This document shows, in pieces, positions 36,129-45,056 of a DNA stretch of 64,000 bases (the first letter of the stretch is position 1; every line of letters begins with the position of its first letter). The notes below the pieces were generated by a model that was not told the origin of the DNA, did not search any database, and worked only from the letters and a program-made list of their open reading frames with translations. The position numbers and the translations under genes were made by a program. The DNA is from a bacterium (GTDB taxonomy: Bacteria > Ratteibacteria > UBA8468 > B48-G9 > DSTR01): NCBI GenBank assembly GCA_029551285.1, contig JAKPFT010000024.1, positions 1,317 through 65,316 of the forward strand. Direction: 5' to 3'.

Positions 36129-36950
36129 ATGGAGAGAAAGAGTTCGGGCTTCACTTTAATTGAGTTGCTGGTGGTGGTAGCCATCATTGCTATTCTGGCC
36201 GCGATGTTGCTTCCGGTTCTGGGCAAAGTCCTGGAGAAGGCTTCCCGGTCGAACTGTCTTAACAACCTGAAGCAGATTTACCTCGCCTGCTGGATGTACG
36301 CCAGCGATTACGAAGACCGATTACCGGCTTTTGGTAGCGATTACACCACCTGGACAGCCAACGACAGTTATACCCTTCTATGCGGACGGGTTCCCAATGC
36401 CACCGGTCCAGGTAGTGTAATACCCAGATATATTGACAATCCGAATATTCTCCAGTGCCCCAGCCGGAAAAAAACTGCGTTTGATGTTAGTGTGCGCAAC
36501 GACCCGGCTCAGGCGTTCCGCCTTGGCAATCTTAACATTGGCTACACCATTGCCTCCGGTTTGCATATGCGGCGGGAACCCAACTACCGGGTGGTAGCCT
36601 GTGACCGAAAATGGAGTACCAGCACCAATGCTTGCACCGGTACAAGCCGGGGTAACGGCTGGTGCATCAACGGCTGGTATAATCAGCCCAGAGACAATGA
36701 CAGTACAAGGTTTTTCTCCAGCTCGGAAGGTATCCCCAACCACTGGCCGGACGGTCTAAATGTGGCTTACCTGGACGGCCATGTCGCCTGGGTGCCGATG
36801 GGGCCAATGATTGATGTTATCCCGCCAACTCAGCAATGGAACACCCATGTCCGCGGCTGGCATCTGGGGGCGGCGCCTGACCTTTCCAATCCCCAGATGG
36901 CTACCGCTTACACAAGCCCGAACGCCATTATGATGAGAGAGCCGTTCTGA
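36129..36950 (+). CDS. Pseudopilin-like protein 2 (DUF1559-like)
   Basis: MERKSSG|[24 protein letters not shown]; C-terminal [13 protein letters not shown]. Confidence 0.9.
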   Translation: MERKSSGFTLIELLVVVAIIAILAAMLLPVLGKVLEKASRSNCLNNLKQIYLACWMYASDYEDRLPAFGSDYTTWTANDSYTLLCGRVPNATGPGSVIPRYIDNPNILQCPSRKKTAFDVSVRNDPAQAFRLGNLNIGYTIASGLHMRREPNYRVVACDRKWSTSTNACTGTSRGNGWCINGWYNQPRDNDSTRFFSSSEGIPNHWPDGLNVAYLDGHVAWVPMGPMIDVIPPTQQWNTHVRGWHLGAAPDLSNPQMATAYTSPNAIMMREPF

Positions 36951-36968
36951 AAATGGAAAGGAGGAAAG

Positions 36969-37601
36969 ATGGAAAAGAAAGGATTTACGCTGATTGAGCT
37001 TCTGGTGGTCATTGCGATTATTGCGATTTTGGCCGCGATGTTGCTTCCGGCTCTGTCCAGGGCAAGAGAAAACGCCCGGCGGGCCAGCTGCGTGAATAAC
37101 ATGAGACAGATCGGTCTGGCCGTGGCCCAGTACTGTCAGGATTGGAACGGAAGTTTCCCGCAAAACACTTCGGGAGGAGACAATCCCGCCAACGCTTCCT
37201 GGTGCCGCCGTCTTTACCAGCAGGGCTACATCAAGGACAAGAAAATTGTCATCTGTCCTTCAGCCAGAAAATGGGGTACCTTTATGTTTAACTACGACAC
37301 CTGGAACGCTCCTTTAACCTACAGCGTACCAAGCTCGCCCAGTGAGGCCTATGCCGGCAACCTCAGCTTTGTCAGAGATACCTCCAAAGCAATTTACCTT
37401 CTGGAAGGGTACTGGTTTTACAACGGTGTTTATTATGGCTGGCACTGGGTGGGCAAGGTTACCAGCACCGCAAGCTGCCTGAACCCTGTTAGCGGCGACC
37501 GAAAACCCCATCCCAGGCATAACCTGAAACTGAATTTTCTCTTTATGGACAACCACGTGGAGTACCTGGCCGTGGAAGATATTGCCAATCTGGTCTGGTA
37601 G
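36969..37601 (+). CDS. Pseudopilin-like protein 3 (DUF1559-like)
   Basis: MEKKG|[24 protein letters not shown]; C-terminal [17 protein letters not shown] (DG replaced by DN). Confidence 0.9.
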   Translation: MEKKGFTLIELLVVIAIIAILAAMLLPALSRARENARRASCVNNMRQIGLAVAQYCQDWNGSFPQNTSGGDNPANASWCRRLYQQGYIKDKKIVICPSARKWGTFMFNYDTWNAPLTYSVPSSPSEAYAGNLSFVRDTSKAIYLLEGYWFYNGVYYGWHWVGKVTSTASCLNPVSGDRKPHPRHNLKLNFLFMDNHVEYLAVEDIANLVW

Positions 37602-37620
37602 TTGGAAAAAGGAGGCCGAG

Positions 37621-38382
37621 ATGAGAGGGAGAAAGGGTTTTACCCTGATTGAGCTGTTGGTGATTATTGCGATTATTGCCATCCTGGCAGCGATGCTTCT
37701 TCCAGCCCTGGAAAAGGCCAGGAAAAAAGCTGAGCAGGCAGCCTGTATGAATAACCTGAAACAATTAGGGCTCGCTTTGCGGATGTACTGGGATGACTGG
37801 GATGAGCGGATTATTCCCGCCTGGCTGGGAGCGCCGCCTGGCGGATTGGGTGCCCAGCCCCAGCCAAGAAGGCCGGCCATCTGCGAACTTCTCTATGTTA
37901 ATAACTACATCAACAACACCGAACTCTGCCGGTGTCCAGCCTGGGGATTTAAGAGAACCCGGTATCCCTATGAACCTAACCTTACCTGGGGATGGAGTGG
38001 AGCAGGCTACTATGCTGGAGGTACCAACCCGAATATCCCTGCCGCTGGCGTGTTCCTGTTTGTCTTTGACTACGGGTTTAACGGCATGTGGCCTGGCCAG
38101 GGTTCTGGTTTTGGCGACTGGAGTAAGAAGTTGAAGGATGTGCAGCGGCCTTCCCAGATTGTGGCTATGAGTGAAGCCAATGTTTCTGGCTATCTGGATA
38201 ACGCCTATTACAACAACACCTTTGCCGCTTTCACCAGGCCAGTCATCAGTCCTTCTTCCTATTATGGCCAGCCCTGGAAGGTACCCCTTCACCTCACAGG
38301 TTTCAACTATCTTTTCTTTGATGGCCATGTGGAATTCCTGTCCGCTCAACAGGCCTCAGACATCAGATACTGGATACCCTGA
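37621..38382 (+). CDS. Pseudopilin-like protein 4 (DUF1559-like)
   Basis: ATG at 37621 after AAAAAGGAGG. MRGRKG|[25 protein letters not shown]-terminal [12 protein letters not shown] (H-X9-DG). Confidence 0.9.
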   Translation: MRGRKGFTLIELLVIIAIIAILAAMLLPALEKARKKAEQAACMNNLKQLGLALRMYWDDWDERIIPAWLGAPPGGLGAQPQPRRPAICELLYVNNYINNTELCRCPAWGFKRTRYPYEPNLTWGWSGAGYYAGGTNPNIPAAGVFLFVFDYGFNGMWPGQGSGFGDWSKKLKDVQRPSQIVAMSEANVSGYLDNAYYNNTFAAFTRPVISPSSYYGQPWKVPLHLTGFNYLFFDGHVEFLSAQQASDIRYWIP

Positions 38383-39510
38383 ATGGTTGGTGCCAGAAGA
38401 ATCCCTGGAGATCTGAAGATAAAGGGTAACAGGAAGTTCTGCCTGACTGGAGTGTTGGTCCTTTTCTTCTGTTCCTGCCTTCAGGGAGCCGGCTGGCTTG
38501 ACCGGGCTTATCCCTGCCGGCAAAAAATCACCATCAGCGATGGTTTCTACCTCATCGGTTCGGACCTGAAAAACTTTCCGCTCCTGTTAGTTTTATCTGA
38601 CGGCAGCAACCCGCTTTTCCAGAAAGCGAAACCGGACGCTGCTGACATCACCTTCACCGCGGATGATGGAACCACCAGACTACCTCACGAGATAGAAATC
38701 TTTTCTCTCTCGCCGGCCAGGCTGGTCTGCTGGGTGGTCCTTCCTTTTCTTTACGCGGACCGGGAAACCGCCATTTATCTTTATTACGGTTCTTCCCAAC
38801 CCCTGGCTTGTCTGCCGGCTACGGATGTCTGGAAGGAAGGTTTTCTGGGTGTCTGGCACTTTCAGGACGCAGTGGCCCCGGATGGCAGAGCGGTGGCCGT
38901 CAAGAATTCTGCCGGAAAAACTCTGACCGGCCTGACTAATAGCAACTTCGCCGTTGAAGGAAAAATCGGCCAGGGGATGGCTGGCACAGTCAGTTTTGAC
39001 CGGAAGGATGGTCCGGAATTTACCCCGGAAACTTCTTTCAGCGCTGAGGCCTGGGCCTTCTGCAGCGAAGTACCCTTCCGGACAACGCTGTCGGTGCTGG
39101 GGAAGGGTTCCGGTGGCCGTGGCTGGTCGCTTTACTGGCATGAGGCTGGCCGGTGGCAGACCAATATCACCCATGACTACCGGAACGAAAACACCCGCTT
39201 TTACCTGATGGCACCTGACCAGCCAGCCGGTCAGTGGCGACATCTGGCGGTCACTTACGAAGCGGAAAGCAGAAAACTGCGACTTTTTGTTGACGGCCTG
39301 GAGAAAGCCTCAGGGAGAGTGCCAGACGGAATTAAGGAGTTTTCCGTGGCTTCACCTTTTTCTATCGGTGGAATTAAAGGAAGGATAGACGAAGTCAGAC
39401 TTTCTCAGGTAGCCCGTTCTCCAGACTGGGTGGCAGCCTGTGAAAAAAATCAGCGTCAGCCTGGCCGTTACATCCGGTTTGGAAAGGAAGAAGTTGTTAC
39501 TCATTCCTGA
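38383..39510 (+). CDS. DUF2341 plus LamG (concanavalin A-like lectin) domain protein
   Basis: N-terminal hydrophobic anchor. The DUF2341 pattern reads W..Y.CRQKITI..NFPLLLVL..DITFTADDGTTRLPHEIEIF..WVVLPF..IYLYYG. The C-terminal LamG-like segment reads WRHLAVTYEAESRKLRLFVDG..GRIDEVRLSQVARSPDWV. The ATG directly abuts the upstream stop. Confidence 0.85.
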   Translation: MVGARRIPGDLKIKGNRKFCLTGVLVLFFCSCLQGAGWLDRAYPCRQKITISDGFYLIGSDLKNFPLLLVLSDGSNPLFQKAKPDAADITFTADDGTTRLPHEIEIFSLSPARLVCWVVLPFLYADRETAIYLYYGSSQPLACLPATDVWKEGFLGVWHFQDAVAPDGRAVAVKNSAGKTLTGLTNSNFAVEGKIGQGMAGTVSFDRKDGPEFTPETSFSAEAWAFCSEVPFRTTLSVLGKGSGGRGWSLYWHEAGRWQTNITHDYRNENTRFYLMAPDQPAGQWRHLAVTYEAESRKLRLFVDGLEKASGRVPDGIKEFSVASPFSIGGIKGRIDEVRLSQVARSPDWVAACEKNQRQPGRYIRFGKEEVVTHS

Positions 39511-39517
39511 AAGGAAA

Positions 39518-39826
39518 AAGTAGTGTCAAAAAAGGAATGAAAGAAGAATGAAAAGAAAGGGAACGAACTGGCTCACTCAGAATGCTTCGGCACAGACAAG
39601 GACTACGCCGAAATCGGTTGCCCGGCGAACTCGCTCGCCATCTGGCGAGCTCAGACACCGCCGAGTAAGGTATTGCATCCCGGATGGACTTGTCCGGTCC
39701 GCTTACCGAGCGCGTGCGCTTTTCGTCTTGTCTTGTAGCTGTGCCTTCGCAAATCGTTCGCCAGCTGTCCCCTTCCTTTTTTGACACAGTGGAAAGGAGA
39801 GGGAGAGAGACAAGGACAGGCAGAAC
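39518..39826 (+). ncRNA. Structured intergenic element, copy 3 (first unit of a tandem pair)
   Basis: Conserved GTAGTGTC begins 9 nt after the TGA at 39508-10. Has a perfect 16-bp terminal complement, GTGTCAAAAAAGGAAT.. / ..CTTCCTTTTTTGACAC. Confidence 0.6.
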
Positions 39827-40134
39827 CAAAAAAGGAATAAAAGAGGAATGAAAAGAAAGGGAACGAACTGGCTCACTCAAGGTGCTTCGGCACAGACAAG
39901 GACTACGCCGAAATCGGTTGCTCGGCGAACTCGCTCGCCCGGGGGCGAGCTCATACACCGCCGAGTAAGGTATTGCGTCCCGGATGGACTAGTCCGGTCC
40001 GCCTACCGAACGCGTGCGCTTTTCGTCTTGTCTTGTATCTGTGCCTTCGCCAATCGTTCGCCAGCTGTCCCCTTCCTTTTTTGACAGTGGGGGGAGGAAG
40101 ATCGGGAAGATAAGGACAGGCAGAACCATTGACA
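39827..40134 (+). ncRNA. Structured intergenic element, copy 4 (second unit of the tandem pair)
   Basis: Exactly 300 nt downstream of copy 3 (TTGACA at 39781 and 40081; ATGAAAAGAAAGGGAAC at 39548 and 39848). Its 5' end lacks the GTAGTGTC segment. Confidence 0.6.
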
Positions 40135-40201
40135 GGCATAAGAAGACACTAAAAAACAACTCAACATTCTTGACAGGCCAAGAGAAACCTGGAGGCAGAA
40201 A

Positions 40202-43200
40202 ATGAAAAAGGTGCTGCTGGTGGTGTTAATTTCTGGTGCCCTTTGCACCGGGACAACCCTCAGCGCTGAAGGCCTGCCCTCTTTTGTCAACTGGTCGTAT
40301 CAGGACGCCTATCAGCGAGACAATGGCTGCCGCAACCTGATTTCCCTAAACGGGTGGTGGCGCTGGCAACTGGCTGGGAAGGAAGTCTCGCCACCAGAAA
40401 CAGGCTGGGGCTATCGGAAGGTACCCGGCTACGGTATCAACTTCAATGTTCTGGAGGCTAACGGCCAGATTTGGAAACTGAAGCCGGAAGAAAAATGCAG
40501 CCTCTGCTGGGTGGAAAGAGAGTTTACTGTGCCTTCAGAATGGAGCGGAAAGAAGGTTCAGGTAATCTTTGAATCCATTGAAGGAGACGGCGAGGTCTGG
40601 CTGGACGGACAAAGGTGTGGTTACACCTGGGACGGATGTGTCTATGCCCTGGAACTGAAACCACCCTATCGCACCAGCCCCTACCGGCTTTCCGTGAAGT
40701 CAAACGGCGTGGTAAGCAATGTCTGGCTGAAGGCGCTACCGGCTGGGCCGGTAATCACTGACGCTTATCTTTCCACCTCGGTGAGGAAGATGACCGCCAC
40801 CATAAGAGCCAGGGGTACTGGAAAACCGGAGAATAAATTGAAGGTGGTGATTACCGACTACCGTCAACCTGACAGAATTGTCCGGAGCGCCGGACCATTT
40901 TCCCTTCAGGCTGATGGCCAGGGCTGGAAACTGGAACAGGAGTTTGACTGGAAGGATGCTAAACTCTGGTCCCTGGAAAGCCCGAATCTCTATAACTACT
41001 ATCTGGAACTTTCTGACAGGCAGGGCAAAGTTATTGACCGGATCTTCCCCATCCGGTTCGGCTTCCGGGAAGTCTGGATCAAGGATGGCTCTTTCATGCT
41101 CAACCATCAGCGAATCACCATCACCAACGATATCCACTCTCCTTTAGCCATTCATCCTGCCAGAAACATGGGCCGCTCTTATAGTCCCTATACTGACGAG
41201 GACACCTGGCGCCGGATTATCAGAAGGTGGAAGGACCTTGGCGTCAACTGCGCTGAATACCGGTGGGGTGGAAATATTGATGACGAACTTCTTTTCCGGG
41301 TGGCTGATGAAGAAGGTTTTTTCATCACCATGAGCGTGCGAGGACTGGAACGAAATCCTGTCGTCCGGTCCATCCCGGCAATGGCTGCTTACAACTACGA
41401 TGTCAACGCTTATCTGATTTTTCCCCGGCGGCACTGCCCCTGTGTGCCCTTTTATTATCTGAGCAGCCTGGCTAACGCCTGGGACTATGCCCCCTTTCAC
41501 TTAGGGGAAGACTTTGATACCGAAAAACTTTTTGGAAAGAGCAACAAGGAAGAAAGAGACCTGATAGAAAAACTTGACCCGGTAAGAGCGCCGATCTCTG
41601 GTTCTTACAGCGGCGGTGGGAAAACCGAACCTTTCCACTCCTCCATGAACTACATCGGCATTCACGTTGACCTGCAATCCTACGAGAACTGGCCGCTGCG
41701 GTGGTCACAACACCGGAACAAACCGCTGCTGACTTACGAAATGGCTGTTCCGCCCTACATTGCGGAATGGTACCAGCGGCCTTCCCGGGGAACCCAGGCC
41801 CATGGTGTCCCTGGAGTTCTTCCCTTTTTTATGGAATGTGGCGCCATCTACCTGGGCGAAGAGCCGTATCTTCTGGAGCCGAAAGAAAAAATTGCCGGAT
41901 GGCTGGAAAACGTGGCAAAAGGGAAAAATCCAGGCTATCCGGCCCGGGGCGGCAGTTTGACCTACGAGAAGGTGGCGGAAATCTGCACTCATCATGTCTT
42001 TCGTTCCTGGAAGACCTATGGGGTCAATATGGGCTTTTTCGTCCAGACAAGGGAGTTTTTTGAAGAGCCGCGGATGGTTTTTCAACCGGTCAAGGTTGAC
42101 CCCAGACAGCCCGGCATCTTTCCCGACGCAGCTATTACAGAGCACATTTTCACCATGGGTCCTTTGCGACCACTGGGAGAAATTGCGCGAAAAGCCCTGA
42201 GCAAGCTTCTAATTTATATCGGCGGACCAAACGGAGAATTCACCCTGAAAGACCACTGTTACACCTCAGGAGAAACTATCACCAAAGCCGTGGTCATGCT
42301 GAATGAGTACGAACGAGCACTAACCGTATCCGGGACCTGGCAACTGTGCCAGAAAAACGGGCCGGTGCTTCTTTCCGGCAGCTGGCCAGCCACGGTCTTG
42401 CAACCCGGTGAGATTGCTCCAGCCAGGGTCCATCTCAGTCTGACCGCACCAGCAGTTAAAGAAAGGACTGATTTTGTGCTGAAACTGAAGGCCCAGGCTG
42501 ACCAGCCCGGAAGTCTGGAAGACGAATTTTCGCTGACAGTTTTCCCGCCAGCAGGCAAGCCCGTGGTGAAACCAGGTACCCAGATTTTTGTTTATGACCC
42601 GGTAGGTGATACCAGCCAGCTCCTGCGGCAGGCTGGCCTCAATTTCCAACCGGTCACCGACAGTCTTCCTGACCCGGAAAACGGCCTTTTAATTGTTGGC
42701 CGCAACTGTCTTAAAGGAGAGCCTGGCCAGATGTTTAACAGACTCCTCTACCGAAAAATGACCTATGATTTTGCCACCAATGTAGCCAACGGAATGAGGG
42801 TGCTTATCTTTGAACAGGCCCTGAATAATCTCTGGGGACTGAAAACTGAACAGGCCCGCTGGCGAAGAACCTTTATCACCGCACCAGGCCATCCTGTCTT
42901 TCAGGGCCTGGAAGCCAGCGATTTTCTTTATCTGAAGGGACACGGCAACCTCGTTGACCCTTATCCTGAGGAACCGCCAGCCACCACGGACCGAATTGCC
43001 GGCAGCCGCTTTCCCCGCTGGGGTCTGGACAATACGGTGGTAACTTATTCTCTGGTGAGGCCGCAGTTGGGCGCCTGTCGTTCTCTGCTTTCCTGCGGTT
43101 TTGACCTTCAGGAAAGCGCCCTGCTGGAGGTGGCCGCGGGCAGGGGAAGGATGATTTTCTGCCAGGTGGATGTCACCAACCGCTACGGCCAAGACCCGGT

Positions 43201-43684
43201 GAGCACCAGACTGGTAAACAATCTCCTCCACTACCTGAGCCATGCGGCGCCGCCAGACCCGACAGTGCCCGGGCCAGTTGACCTGGTTCGGGAAGGGCTG
43301 GATGAGGCTCCGCTTCCGGTCAGTACGGAGAAGGTTTTTATGGTGGACAGACCGGCCGGTCCTATTTCCTGGGGGATTACCCTGGCTGACCTTTATTTTG
43401 AAGGATTCCTGGACCTGCCGGTGATGAAATCGCCGGAAGGAAAAAGATACCTTTACTGGCCACTACCCGGGAAAAAGGAAGTCGCCCATACGCTGAACCG
43501 GAGAAACTTCAAGACCAGGTGGCAGCGGATGAAATCTTTAATGATTCTTTCGGCCCTGACCATCAACCAGGGTGGCACCTCAGAGACTTTTCCCAGGCCG
43601 GCGCTGCAAAATGATAGCGAGGAACTTTATCCTCAGGAGTGGCTGGAAGGATTTGTCCATCCTTATACCCTGATGCAATGGTGA
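40202..43684 (+). CDS. Large secreted GH2-like protein (family 2 sugar-binding / beta-sandwich N-terminus)
   Basis: Signal peptide MKKVLLVVLISGALCTGTTLSAEG. SPNLYNYYLEL..IRFGFREVWIKDGSFMLNHQRITI matches the GH2 beta-sandwich-to-barrel linker signature, as also seen in the GH2 gene at 60.6 kb. Catalytic residues were not verified. Confidence 0.75.
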   Translation: MKKVLLVVLISGALCTGTTLSAEGLPSFVNWSYQDAYQRDNGCRNLISLNGWWRWQLAGKEVSPPETGWGYRKVPGYGINFNVLEANGQIWKLKPEEKCSLCWVEREFTVPSEWSGKKVQVIFESIEGDGEVWLDGQRCGYTWDGCVYALELKPPYRTSPYRLSVKSNGVVSNVWLKALPAGPVITDAYLSTSVRKMTATIRARGTGKPENKLKVVITDYRQPDRIVRSAGPFSLQADGQGWKLEQEFDWKDAKLWSLESPNLYNYYLELSDRQGKVIDRIFPIRFGFREVWIKDGSFMLNHQRITITNDIHSPLAIHPARNMGRSYSPYTDEDTWRRIIRRWKDLGVNCAEYRWGGNIDDELLFRVADEEGFFITMSVRGLERNPVVRSIPAMAAYNYDVNAYLIFPRRHCPCVPFYYLSSLANAWDYAPFHLGEDFDTEKLFGKSNKEERDLIEKLDPVRAPISGSYSGGGKTEPFHSSMNYIGIHVDLQSYENWPLRWSQHRNKPLLTYEMAVPPYIAEWYQRPSRGTQAHGVPGVLPFFMECGAIYLGEEPYLLEPKEKIAGWLENVAKGKNPGYPARGGSLTYEKVAEICTHHVFRSWKTYGVNMGFFVQTREFFEEPRMVFQPVKVDPRQPGIFPDAAITEHIFTMGPLRPLGEIARKALSKLLIYIGGPNGEFTLKDHCYTSGETITKAVVMLNEYERALTVSGTWQLCQKNGPVLLSGSWPATVLQPGEIAPARVHLSLTAPAVKERTDFVLKLKAQADQPGSLEDEFSLTVFPPAGKPVVKPGTQIFVYDPVGDTSQLLRQAGLNFQPVTDSLPDPENGLLIVGRNCLKGEPGQMFNRLLYRKMTYDFATNVANGMRVLIFEQALNNLWGLKTEQARWRRTFITAPGHPVFQGLEASDFLYLKGHGNLVDPYPEEPPATTDRIAGSRFPRWGLDNTVVTYSLVRPQLGACRSLLSCGFDLQESALLEVAAGRGRMIFCQVDVTNRYGQDPVSTRLVNNLLHYLSHAAPPDPTVPGPVDLVREGLDEAPLPVSTEKVFMVDRPAGPISWGITLADLYFEGFLDLPVMKSPEGKRYLYWPLPGKKEVAHTLNRRNFKTRWQRMKSLMILSALTINQGGTSETFPRPALQNDSEELYPQEWLEGFVHPYTLMQW

Positions 43685-44274
43685 GTGCTCCCTTCAGAAA
43701 AAGGAGAACTCTTCTCCGGAAGGTTTTCACCGGCGCCGGGCTGCTCTGTCTGGCAGCAGTGCTGATGCTGAACTTTGCCCGGGTTCAAATCGGCGGCCGG
43801 GAATGCGACCGGCAGGCAAGAATCGCCAGGGAAATGGTGACTATGGCTGATTTTCTCGTGTGTTTCCGGAAGGCCCACGGAAGATACCCGGCCACATCAG
43901 AGCAACTCCAGGCAAAACAATGGCTGCCCTTGATACCCCATCATTGGCACCAGCATTACCGGTATGTGCCACCTTCTATTGACCCGGTGCCAGCCGGCAC
44001 TGTCCTTTTCTTTCAGCGCCGACCCTCCTGGCATTTCCACGGCCTGGCCTTTGGCCAGTTGCGGGTTTTCTGCGTGATAGAAGAAGACGGCCAACCGGTT
44101 CAGTCCTGGTTCTGTGTTCCCAGAAACCGCTATAACGGCTCTCTCCGGAAGATATTTTTCTGGTACTTTCTCTTTCATCCCTTTACCGGTCCAGGAGAGA
44201 TTACACCTGAAGAAGCCCAGAAGTACGCTGATTACCAGGCAATCTTAAAAAAACTACGAGGAGGTAAAAGATGA
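43678..44274 (+). CDS. Membrane-anchored hypothetical protein
   Basis: ATG at 43678 overlaps the upstream stop (ATGGTGA). N-terminal basic stretch plus TM segment GAGLLCLAAVLMLNF. Confidence 0.6.
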   Translation: MVSAPFRKRRTLLRKVFTGAGLLCLAAVLMLNFARVQIGGRECDRQARIAREMVTMADFLVCFRKAHGRYPATSEQLQAKQWLPLIPHHWHQHYRYVPPSIDPVPAGTVLFFQRRPSWHFHGLAFGQLRVFCVIEEDGQPVQSWFCVPRNRYNGSLRKIFFWYFLFHPFTGPGEITPEEAQKYADYQAILKKLRGGKR

Positions 44275-45041
44275 GCACCAAGACACACCTTGGGGTGGCT
44301 TTTTTACTTCTTTTTTCCACTGTTTCTCTGGCCTGGGAAATTCTCAATCCCCGGCCCCTGGAAAGTCAAAAGCAAGAGGAAGTTATCATCAAAGGTTCAG
44401 AAAGATTCGTCAACCGCCAGTATGAGGAAAAGTTTCCCCTGGCTGAAAAGTTGAAGGAGCAGGGCTGGTTCTTTGTTGACCTGAAGCCTTACTGCAATGT
44501 CAACATCTTTTCTGAAGCCGGACTGACCACGCCGGTTAAGTATCCTTACATGAACGTGGGCAAACAGGTCTTCTACGGCGTCCCTTTTGAAATTATCCCT
44601 CCGGAAAGCAATGACAACAGGACGGCAATCGCTCTGGCTTCCACCTATCTGCTCACCAACACCCTGCCAGACAGTGTGGAAGTCCCGGTTGGTCGCAAAA
44701 GCGTGGTCTTCTACTTTCTGCACACCACCTACTACACCGACCCGTCTGGCCAGCAGTACTACCGCATTAACTACGAAGATGGTACCAGCCAGGAAATAAA
44801 AATCATTGGCCGGGTCCACTGCGGGGACTGGTACCACGCTGATACCCGTATCTACACGGAAGATGTCCACTACGTCTTAGTGCCAGCCGCTAAAGACTCT
44901 AAAACCTTCCACCGGAACATGCACATCCTCCAGTGGAAAAACCCTTTTCCCGAAAAGGTGGTGAAATCTATCATTTTCCATTCTGACAGAAAGGCACCGA
45001 TGGGTATCTTTATCGTGGCCGTTACCGGTCACGCCGGGTAA
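44271..45041 (+). CDS. Secreted hypothetical protein
   Basis: ATGA start/stop overlap with the upstream gene. Signal-like MSTKTHLGVAFLLLFSTVSLAWE. No motif recognised. Confidence 0.65.
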   Translation: MSTKTHLGVAFLLLFSTVSLAWEILNPRPLESQKQEEVIIKGSERFVNRQYEEKFPLAEKLKEQGWFFVDLKPYCNVNIFSEAGLTTPVKYPYMNVGKQVFYGVPFEIIPPESNDNRTAIALASTYLLTNTLPDSVEVPVGRKSVVFYFLHTTYYTDPSGQQYYRINYEDGTSQEIKIIGRVHCGDWYHADTRIYTEDVHYVLVPAAKDSKTFHRNMHILQWKNPFPEKVVKSIIFHSDRKAPMGIFIVAVTGHAG

Positions 45042-45056
45042 CAACATGGAGAAAAA

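Noticed and set aside
39518-40134. Possible CRISPR array or other short-period repeat at 39.5-40.1 kb.
   Set aside because: There are only two units with a 300-nt period, no short repeat/spacer alternation, and no cas genes. It is a tandem duplication of the structured element.
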